Source of the DNA: Eledone cirrhosa
Lineage: Eukaryota
Direction of reading: 5' to 3'
NCBI GenBank assembly: GCA_964016885.1
Contig: OZ024749.1
Coordinates: 44,082,001 to 44,146,000 of the forward strand
DNA length: 64,000 nucleotides
The notes beneath the pieces are model-generated. The model was not told the DNA's origin and ran no database searches. It saw nothing but the letters and a program-made list of their open reading frames with translations. Made by a program: the position numbers and the translations under genes. Of this stretch, positions 53,031 to 64,000 are shown in pieces. Every line of letters starts with the position of its first letter. Positions within the stretch are counted from its first letter, which is position 1.

Positions 53031-53332
53031 AAAACAATCAAGCGGTAGACAGACAGTCAGGCAAACATATATAGGCAGGCGTAGAGTGACCACGTCTTTG
53101 TGGTTGTAGTGTTGGTGTTGGTGGTGTTGGCGTATGTGGTGGTGTAGGTGTTGGTGTTGGTGGTGTTGGTGGTGTTGGTAGGGTTGGTGTTGTTGCTGTT
53201 GGTGTTAGTGTTGATGGTGTTGGTGGTGTTGGTGTTGGTAATGCTGTTGATGGTCTCTTGGCTCTCCCTCCCTTTCTGTGTGTATTTGTTGTGCACATTG
53301 ATATATATGCATACAAATATAGATACATACAC

Positions 53333-53451
<119 letters not shown>

Positions 53452-53498
53452 CAACATTTATTGTTATATATATATATATATATATAACAACATTTATT

Positions 53499-53972
53499 GA
53501 ATCCTCGGTGACAGGAGAAAAGATAAATCCGGACAACAAGTTTTCAAGTTGGTGGGCTTGCAGCTTGGCTCCTGGAGAGGTAAATCCGTGCTGTTAGACA
53601 GAGTGATGGAGAACTGGATTGACGGATCGGTTAAACTGCCTGGGGCCTGGTCTGATCTGGCCCGGTCTGGTCTGTTTCGGCTCGGACAGGAACTGGGATG
53701 AAGTAGCGAGTAGGGTGCCAGGTCTCATTCAGAAATAGACCAAGAGGAAGCTATTTGTCAAAGGTCAGGCTGATGTAGCGAATGCATATATCACCTCCAT
53801 CGTCATTTACTGCGTGGCCATTAGGTTTTGTTCATGTCCTCGTTTGACCAGATTGGAGCAACTGTTCTCACCCTCTTAGAGAAAGGCTGTGTCCCTCTGG
53901 TCAGATGGTCAATCTGTTGCCAACACCCACTGTGCAGGTAACTCGGTATGCCGTGGCTGTTGATGTGCAAAC
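53499..53972 (+). mobile_element. Old, decayed internal fragment of the same Tx1-like lineage
   Basis: Frameshifted but recognisable VTGEKIN..GLQLGSWRG..GSVKL..NWDEV..ICCQHP..GMPWLLM, colinear with about 36090-36540. Ends at a (TCTA)n array. Confidence 0.85.
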
Positions 53973-53980
53973 TATCTATC

Positions 53981-54086
<106 letters not shown>

Positions 54087-54088
54087 AA

Positions 54089-54389
54089 CTTGGCCACAGG
54101 CAGTTTTATGAAAGGTGGGTGATAGTGGCGAGAATGGCTCGTGTAAATGGGCCTTCTCTGTATACCATCCTGTAGGTAAAGAAGTAAAGGAGAGGGGAGC
54201 ACCTTCTCCATGTGCTCCCCGGGCAAAGGATTGCACACTTTTTTGGGGGTGTGTGCAACCCCCATCACGTCCCCTCCCTTTTGAGGTTATTTTCGATTAT
54301 TTTCATGTTACACCCTTTTTACTCGATTATATGTAAACTCCCCCTTTGTATTTGTCCCTTCTTTTTATGCCTTTATGGTAAATAAAGAA

Positions 54390-54390
<1 letters not shown>
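54089..54390 (+). mobile_element. Short 5'-truncated Tx1-like copy, subfamily B, inside (TCTA)n
   Basis: Nearly identical to 5339-5640. (TCTA)n on both sides. Confidence 0.95.
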
Positions 54391-54480
<90 letters not shown>

Positions 54481-54481
<1 letters not shown>

Positions 54482-54860
54482 GATTCTTTTTCAAATACCA
54501 CTTTGGAAGAAGAATCAGGATGGAGAGAGAGGTGCTGTACCCCAGCAAGTTTTATGAAAGGTGGGTGAAAGTGGCGAGAATGGCCCGAGTGAATGGGCCT
54601 TCTCTCTATATCAGCCTGTAGGTTGAGGAAAAGGAGGAGGAGAGGAAAGGAGTACAAGCTCTTCGTACTCCTGGAGATGAGGGTTGCACATTTTTTTCGG
54701 GGGTCTGTGTTACCCATATAAACTGTCTCCCTCTATTGGGGAAAATCGACTAACTTTTAAATTCCATCTGTGATAACATTTTACACGTTTTTATTGTATG
54801 TAAACTTCCCCCTTTGTATTTGTCCCCTTCTTTTGTGCCCCTGTGGCTAATAAAGAAATA

Positions 54861-54862
<2 letters not shown>
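54481..54862 (+). mobile_element. Short 5'-truncated Tx1-like copy, subfamily A, inside (TCTA)n
   Basis: Nearly identical to 37256-37639, with one T-run length difference seen. (TCTA)n on both sides. Confidence 0.95.
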
Positions 54863-54902
<40 letters not shown>

Positions 54903-55664
54903 CCTTTCACACTGCGTTTCCTTCATTCACACTCGCAACATCTTTGTTTCTTTCTTTATTTCTTTCTTTCTCTCTTTTTTCTATCTTTGTTTGTTTGTTT
55001 GTTTCTTTTTTTCTTTCTTTCTCTCTCTCTCTTCCTTTATTTCTTTTTTGTTTCTTTCCTTCCTTCCTTGTTTGTTTGTTTCTTTCTTTCTTTCTTTATC
55101 ACCCCCCCCCCCACTCTCCTTTACACAACACATCTATATTATATTTATATATATATTTATACTGCACCCGTCCCCCCTCTCCCTCTCTCCCCATCTCTTT
55201 GTTTTCTACTTTCTCTTTACCCCCCCTTCTCCTCCTCGCCTTTTCAGTCCTCTTCGTTATTCCTACCAATTCTATGATTCTGTTAATCGTCATATTCTTT
55301 CATTCTCATATTCTCTCTATCTCTTCTTGTATATAGATAACTTTATACTCTTTCACTTTCAAACACTCTCTATCACCCTCGCCCCCCTCTCTCTCTCTCT
55401 CGTTCCTTCACTTCACTCTATCGTCTTCTCCCCCTCTCTATATCCCCTCTCTCCCTTCCCCCTTCTGTTCCTCTCCATTTCCCTTATTTAAAAATATGTT
55501 TGCACCACAATTTACGCGTCCATTTTCTAACATGTTATGTCGTGTGTGTTGTTGTTACATGCATATATACATAAATAACACATACCCCCCCCCACCACAT
55601 ATATATGTATATATATATATATATATATGTATGTATATATTTATAATATATTTAAATATGCATT

Positions 55665-55719
<55 letters not shown>

Positions 55720-55733
55720 GTATATATATAGAT

Positions 55734-55765
<32 letters not shown>

Positions 55766-55767
55766 GC

Positions 55768-55832
<65 letters not shown>

Positions 55833-55922
55833 CGTATATTTGAATAAATAATTATATATACATGTATACAAAATGATTATATCTATATAATCAATTATAC
55901 ATACATATACGTATATATATAC

Positions 55923-55995
<73 letters not shown>

Positions 55996-56014
55996 TATAC
56001 ATATATAAATATAC

Positions 56015-56047
<33 letters not shown>

Positions 56048-56077
56048 CATATATACATATATACATATATACGTATA

Positions 56078-56124
<47 letters not shown>

Positions 56125-56143
56125 TACATATATACATATATAC

Positions 56144-56192
<49 letters not shown>

Positions 56193-56211
56193 TACATATA
56201 TACATATATAC

Positions 56212-56272
<61 letters not shown>

Positions 56273-56323
56273 CTGAAAGAGAAGGGAGAGAGAAAGTATA
56301 TTCGCATCTCCTCCTCCTCCTTC

Positions 56324-56426
<103 letters not shown>

Positions 56427-56576
56427 ACCGCACCTCCCCTTCTCCCTTTTTTTTTTACTTTCCTCCGCACCGTTTATATAGAATGCTTACTTCACAATAT
56501 ATTGTCGATATTCAATCGTAGATTTATCTATGTAACATCATATAATAGATTCTGATACAAAAGAATGCTAACAAAA

Positions 56577-56636
<60 letters not shown>

Positions 56637-56639
56637 CTA

Positions 56640-56674
<35 letters not shown>

Positions 56675-56866
56675 TATATACACCCAACCTCTCTCTTTCA
56701 ATGTACCTACCTACCTACCTACCTACCTACCTGTCCTAAACAATTACCTCCCTTTGCATCCTACACTGCCGCCTTTCCAAACTTTAAGCCTCTCCTTGTC
56801 TTTCTTATATAACAATTATTCTTTCCCCTTTTCTTCAGATTGCAATTCAATTGTTTGCGTGTATAA

Positions 56867-57004
<138 letters not shown>

Positions 57005-57014
57005 GTATATGTAA

Positions 57015-57065
<51 letters not shown>

Positions 57066-57071
57066 CATATA

Positions 57072-57109
<38 letters not shown>

Positions 57110-57231
57110 CATATATATATACGTATATATATATATGTGTGTGTGTGTTGTTATGTTTGTTTTTGTGTATGTGTGTGAATTTATAAACGTTTGCAGACAT
57201 GCGCATAACTTAATAATAAATATAGATATTC

Positions 57232-57310
<79 letters not shown>

Positions 57311-57423
57311 GGAGTGGATAATGACGGCATTGTATATATACAAACATACATACACACATATATATATATATATAATATATATATATTGGAATGTATATGA
57401 ACACACACACACATTATATATAT

Positions 57424-57543
<120 letters not shown>

Positions 57544-57644
57544 ACACAGTTACACATAAAACAGACGGAGGTATTTAATCAAGCACCCATAAATGTTTGA
57601 AGTGCTACGAAGAAACATACGACTGAAACACCCTGTACACATGT

Positions 57645-59030
57645 ACACACACTGCCACACGCCTATACAGACACACACACTGCCACACACGCCTATACAG
57701 ACACACACACTGCCACACACGCCTATACAGACACACACACTGCCACACACGCCTATACAGACACACACACTGCCACACACGCCTATACAGACACACACAC
57801 TGCCACACACACCTATACAGACACACACACTGCCACACACGCCTATACAGACACACACACTGCTACACACGCCTATACAGACACACACACTGCCACACAC
57901 GCCTATACAGACACTCACACTGCCACACACACCTATACAGACACACACACTGCCACACACGCCTATACAGACACACACACTGCCACACACACTGCCACAC
58001 ACGCCTATACAGACACACACACTGCCACACACACTGCTACACGCCTATACAGACACACACACTGCCACACACACTGCTACACGCCTATACAGACACACAC
58101 ACTGCCACACACACTGCCACACGGCTACACACACACACACACACTATCACACGCCCATACATACACACACCCACAATATCACACGCCCATACATACACAC
58201 ACACTTCCACATGGTTACGCACACATTATCATACGCCCATATATACACACACACTGCCACACGGCTACACACACACGCACTATCACACGCCCATACATAC
58301 ATACACACTATCACACGCACATACATACATGCATACACACTTACTCACCATACATAAACGTACACACATATACATACACATATACACTTATATACATACA
58401 TACATGCATACACGCTTACACTCTACACATACATACACACACACACACATACATAAACACACATAATTCACATATACACTTATATACATACATACATGCA
58501 TACACGCTTACACTCTACACATACATACACATACACACACATACATAAGCACACATAATTCACATATACACTTATATACATACATACATGCATACACACT
58601 TACACACCATACATACATAAACGTACACACATATACATACACATATACACTTATATACATACATACATGCATACACGCTTACACTCTACACATACATACA
58701 CATACACACACATGCATAAACACACATAATTCACATATACACTTATATACATACATACATGCATACACACTTACACACCATACATACATAAACGTACACA
58801 CATATACATACACATATACACTTATATACATACATACATGCATACACGCTTACACTCTACACATACATACACATACACACACATACATAAACACACATAA
58901 TACACATATACACTTATATACATACATACATGCATACACACACACCATACATACATAAGCATACACATATATACATACATATACACTTACATACATATAT
59001 ACACGCTTACACTCTACACATACATACACT
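57645..59030. repeat. 30-bp minisatellite (CACTGCCACACACGCCTATACAGACACACA)n grading into CA-rich higher-order repeats
   Basis: Direct reading. Confidence 0.9.
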
Positions 59031-59249
59031 TCATATACAAATAAAGCTTGCTATCTATTGAAACCAAATTGTTATGTTCAGTGAAATAAATATCAAACAT
59101 TGTTTACATGTATTATGTTCATGAAAGAAAAAGCAACGGAATAATAAAATAACGGATTGGCAGAATAGGAGAATTAGTAGCGTGCCAGTTGTAATGGCTG
59201 CCATTAAAGAACGAATTACGTTTTCAGTTCGAATTAAAGTTTGGCTTGG

Positions 59250-59355
<106 letters not shown>

Positions 59356-60013
59356 TTCTCTGTATCTCTCTCACTCTGTCCGCCTATCTCTCTCTGTCTC
59401 TCTCGCTGTTTCTCTCTCTCGCTCTCTTTCTCTGTCTCTTCCACCCATTGTTATTATTATTGTTTAGGAGGGTGGATTGACAGAATCGGTAGAGGGTCGG
59501 ACACCATACTTTGCAGCACAGAGTTACGTTTCTTTACGCCCTGAGTTCCAAATCCCACCGAGGTTCACTTTGTCTTTCATCCTTACGGGGTCAATAAAAT
59601 AAAGCACCAGTAATGCAATGGGGTCAATTTAATCGAATTTCCCCTCCCCCTTGTGCCTTGTGCCTCAACCAGAAACCAATATTTAAGTAATACCTGTCCA
59701 TATTTTAGAACCTCCCTCCAAAACAACAAAAACAACAAACACAACACCCCCTCAAAAAACAAAAGCAAAACAAAAAGAACATCCATCCCCATCGTCCCCT
59801 CCTACCCAAAACAAAACAGACCGCCCTCCCCCCGTAAACAGACAAACAAACAAATAATTGTATTTTTAGATTTCATAATAATTACTAAAAGAAATTATTT
59901 TTATTAGAACACATAATTAGATTTTAAGAAAATACAAATTTTAATAAAAAAAAATAACAACACATACACATAAACATACAAACAAAAATATTACAATATT
60001 GCTGTCCTGATGA

Positions 60014-60044
<31 letters not shown>

Positions 60045-60139
60045 AAGAAGAAGAAGAAGAAGAAAAAGAGGAAAAAGAAGAAAAAGAAGAAAAAGAAGAA
60101 AAAGAAGAAAAAGAAGAAGAAGATTGATTGTTCTTGTCT

Positions 60140-60307
60140 TTAACAAAGATCCATATCAAAATCGGAATCTTGTTGTTCTAAAACATCGATGTTCCTATCA
60201 AAAATTAACCTGCTGTCGTCATCTAAACAATTACCATCCAGAGGATTGTGGCGTAGAACGGAAGTCAGCACAGTTGGTCTTGGTATGGCACTTTTCCTCC
60301 GGCGATT
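60140..60307 (-). CDS. Second gene, probable last coding exon (NRRRKSAIPRPT...DSDFDMDLC*)
   Basis: T-rich tract plus tacAG acceptor, phase 0, 55 codons then TAA. Below the ORF-track size cutoff. Confidence 0.65.
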   Translation of the reverse strand, partial: NRRRKSAIPRPTVLTSVLRHNPLDGNCLDDDSRLIFDRNIDVLEQQDSDFDMDLC

Positions 60308-61470
60308 CTGTAAATTGAAATTAAAAAAAAAAATTAAATAATTAAATAAAAAAAAATTAAAATAATTTAAAAATACTTAAAACTTAAAAATAATTAAAAA
60401 TAATTAAAGAAATAAAAAAATAATGAAATAAAAATAATTAAAAAATATTTAAAACTTAAAAATAATAAAAAATAATTAAAGAAATAAAAATAATTAAATA
60501 ATTAAACAAATAAAAATAATTAAAAATTAATTAAATAAATAAATGATTAAAAAATTAATTAAATAAATTAAAATAAAAAAAAATTAAATAAATAAAAATA
60601 AGCAAAAAATAATTAAATATTAATTAAATAAAATAAAAATAATTAGAAATTAAATAAATACATAAATAATTAAAAAGTAATTAAATAAATAAAAAAATAA
60701 AAATAAAAATAAAATAAATAATTAAAAAACATAATTAAATGAATAAAAAAATTAAATAAATTAAAACTAAAAAAATTAAATAAATAAAAATAGTTAAATA
60801 AATAAAAAAATAATTTATAAATTGAATAAATAAAAATATTGAAAATGATTAAATAAATAAAAATAATTAAATAAATGAAAATAATTAAATAAATAAAAAA
60901 TAATAAAAAAATACTACATACATAAATATATCTGTCCATACATACCATATACACATACATACGTACATGATAATTGTTTCTACTTTTGGTACAGCGATTA
61001 CCTCAGCGAATTACTGGTACTTTATTTTATCGACTCCGTAAGGATGAAAGGCAAAGTTAACCTCGGCTGGATTTGAACTCAGACCGTAAAGGAACGTGAC
61101 TCTATGCTGGAAAGCATGGTGTCCAACCCTCTACCGATACTGACAATATACCACCACATACGTACATAATAATTGTTTTTACTTTTGGCACAAGGCCAGC
61201 AAAACCCTGTAAGGATGAAAGGCAAAGTTAACCTCGGCGGGATTTGAACTCAGACCATAAAGGGCCATAATAATAGCCGCAAACTCGCCTGATAAAATGC
61301 ACAAAAATGTGAGGCACAATTGTGGCTCTTCAAACCAGCCAAAGATTTGCATTCTCTGATACTTACATGGCAACTGTACATACACACGCACACACACACA
61401 AACGCCATGACACAAAACTTTCGTGTCTTCATAAGACAAACCAACAAATGTTACTGATTATCTTACTAAC

Positions 61471-61718
61471 AGGCGTTGGTCTGTTATCATTCACAATATC
61501 TGAATGATTTTTGTTCGCATCATCATCTGATATGAAGCCATGGTTAAACTGGACAAATTTACTATAAGCTACACTAGCTAGATATTGCATGGCAGCCTGT
61601 TGTCTCCGTAAAGATTTTAGCATTATTGTTGCTTCTTTTGCATCTTGGATTTGCATTACTTGGTTATAAAGTACCGGTTGTTCCTCGACTGCAAATTTCT
61701 CGAAATCTTCTGAAACAA
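61471..61718 (-). CDS. Second gene, penultimate exon (VVSEDFEKFAVEEQPVLYNQVMQIQ...NDNRPTP)
   Basis: catttcAG acceptor in phase 1 (a second in-frame AG lies 9 nt further on) and GTTAGT donor in phase 0. Confidence 0.72.
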
Positions 61719-61796
61719 CTGAAATGAGAAGAAGAAACAGAGTCAAAGAGCGCAGCCGCCATTAACAATTCAAACCTCATTGATATCAAACTACTA

Positions 61797-62098
61797 TGGG
61801 CAGTGGATTGGTAGTATCGGTAGAGGGTCGGACGCCATGCTTTACAGCATAGAGTTCCGGCCCTTTATGATCTGAGTTCAAATCCCGTCGAGGTTAACTT
61901 TGCTTTTCATCCTTACGAGGTCGATCATAGAGTTCCGGCCCTTTATGATCTGAGTTCAAATCCCGTCGAGGTTAACTTTGCTTTTCATCCTTACGAGGTC
62001 GATAATAAAATAAAGTACCAGTCACGCACTGGGGTCAATTTAATCGATTTTTCCCTTCCCCCAAAATTGATGGTCTTGTGCCTATATAAGAAACCATT
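61797..62098 (+). mobile_element. Meta-type SINE with an internal tandem duplication of about 78 bp
   Basis: CATAGAGTTCCGGCCC...TTACGAGGTCGAT occurs twice in direct tandem. Confidence 0.8.
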
Positions 62099-63513
62099 GA
62101 CATCAAACTACCAGACACCGCCCTTGGTTTTATGATATAAAGTGTTTAGATTTAAATATTTATATTTAATCACCTTCCATCATCATTTTATATGAGCACC
62201 TTTGTTAAGTTATTTTCCAAACACCTACTTAATAATGGTTTCTGATTTAGGTGCAAGACCAACAATTTTTTGGGAAGGGAAAAGTCGATTATATCGACCC
62301 CAGTGTGTTACTGGTACTTTATTTTATCGACCTCACTAACTCAATAATGATTTCTAGTATAGGCACATGGCCAGTAATTTTTGGGGAGGGGAAAGTCGAT
62401 TAAATCGACCCCAGTACGCTACTGGTACTTTATTTTATCGACCACAGTAACTTAATAATGAAAAAAGTTAGTTATATTACTAAATCTCTCCAGATATTTG
62501 ACTATTTCCTTTGTGTAGGTGGTGGGTGGTGGGAGTCGATTTTATCGACCCCAGTATTTCACTGGTATTTTATTTTATCGAACACATTGGAAGGATGAAC
62601 AGCAAAGTTGACCTCGGCAGGATTTGAACTCTAAACCTAATGAAATAGCCGTAGCTAAATTGTTATGAATAAAACAATTATTAAAGTGGTTGGCTGTTAA
62701 TATTTAGCCCAAGGTCAGTACTAATTGATCAGACCTATAATGATTTTTAGTATAGGCACAAGGCCAGTAATTTGGTGGTGAGGGGAAAGTCGATTAAATC
62801 GACCCCAGTACATTACTGGTACTTTATTTTATCGACCCGGTAAGGATGAAAGGCAAAGTTAACTTCGGTGGGGTTTGATCTCAGATCATAAAGGACCGTA
62901 ACTCTATGCTGCAAAACATGGTGCCCGACTCTCTACCGATACTGCCAATCAGACCTATAATAAAAGGTGTTCTACTCATCGTTAAGGGTACACGTATCTG
63001 TGGAATGCTCAGCCACTTACATGTTAATTTCACGAGCAGGCTGTTCAGTTGATCGAACAACTGGAACACTCAATATCGAAACCAAAGGAAGTAAATTCTA
63101 TTCTTTGGAGCTCAGCTACGCCAAGATAAAAATCATCACACAAAATTCACTGTACCAGTGAGCTGGTGTGGCTGATGGCAAAATCTGCCTCTCCCAACCT
63201 GCATTTAAACCGGCCGTATCCGGCCAGAATTCTCTCACCTCTTTCTTCTGAAACCAGTTGTAACTGGCCACTCATACTGATGTTAAGGTATTGCCCTCAA
63301 AATAAATAACATCAAAATCTTGTAGGTTTGATATTATATGAGAATTATGTGAGGTAAAGCCTTTACTGTGAAAATACAATAATAATTATAGAGTAATGTA
63401 AATGGTAAAAGGTTAACGTATTTTCGATATTTAAATGTTTTCTGTTTCTTTCTCATTTTAGAAGAAAAAAAAATGAATACACAAACGTTGCTGAATTGTA
63501 AAATGCAAAAAAA

Positions 63514-63604
63514 AACTATTGGGTCATCAAGTATGAAATTTGTAGAAATTTGTAGAAAATACAAACAAATTTCTACAAATTTCATACTTGACGACCCAAT
63601 AGTT
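63514..63604. repeat. Intronic 40-bp-arm hairpin next to a splice donor
   Basis: 63514-63553 versus 63565-63604, one mismatch, 11-nt loop. Confidence 0.88.
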
Positions 63605-63614
63605 GATTTTATAC

Positions 63615-63778
63615 CTGATTGTAATACAATGCTCATTTCATTTCGTGTTTCGTGATATTCTTTTTCCAAAGCATACAATAATTTTTCTGTTAGTTCAATA
63701 TCATCTCGAATCTGCTGCAGTTCCCCATACATTGCAGTGAGAACGGATTTCTTATTTTCCAGTTCCTTTTCACGTTTC
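63615..63778 (-). CDS. Second gene, internal exon, coiled coil ([54 protein letters not shown])
   Basis: tttcAG acceptor (phase 2), GTATAA donor (phase 1), heptad-like sequence. The gene starts beyond the window. Confidence 0.75.
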
Positions 63779-63807
63779 CTGAAACACACACACAGACACA
63801 CACACAG

Positions 63808-63947
<140 letters not shown>

Positions 63948-63950
63948 TTG

Positions 63951-63985
<35 letters not shown>

Positions 63986-64000
63986 AGAACAAAAGATGGT

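Noticed and set aside
51978-53093. PPVRLPAC-repeat ORFs of 340-370 aa
   Set aside because: An 8-bp satellite open in all three minus frames.

Overview
AT-rich, microsatellite-saturated animal DNA, most consistent with an octopus (coleoid cephalopod) genome, judging by its tRNA-headed Meta-type and CORE-type SINEs, RTE remnants and very long (TA)n/(CA)n/(GATA)n tracts. The species call is an inference. Almost all long ORFs in the supplied track are microsatellite artefacts. Real content: (1) An 8-exon minus-strand gene (19311->7990, about 851 aa, all GT-AG and phase-consistent), including an exon at 13216-13097 whose true frame the ORF track misses. It encodes a Ginger2/KRBA2/SCAND3/NOL4-like HHCC plus integrase-core protein whose DDE triad appears lost, so it looks like a domesticated transposase. 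(2) The last three exons of a second minus-strand coiled-coil gene at the right end. (3) Tx1-like (L1 group) non-LTR retrotransposons of two young subfamilies plus an older decayed copy, repeatedly found in (TCTA)n/(GATA)n arrays and stacked in one array at 53.5-54.9 kb. (4) A dispersed repeat carrying a minimal hammerhead-ribozyme motif. (5) Many foldback/MITE hairpins, mostly inside (TA)n. (6) A near-identical inverted SINE pair enclosing two in-frame exons of the integrase-derived gene.
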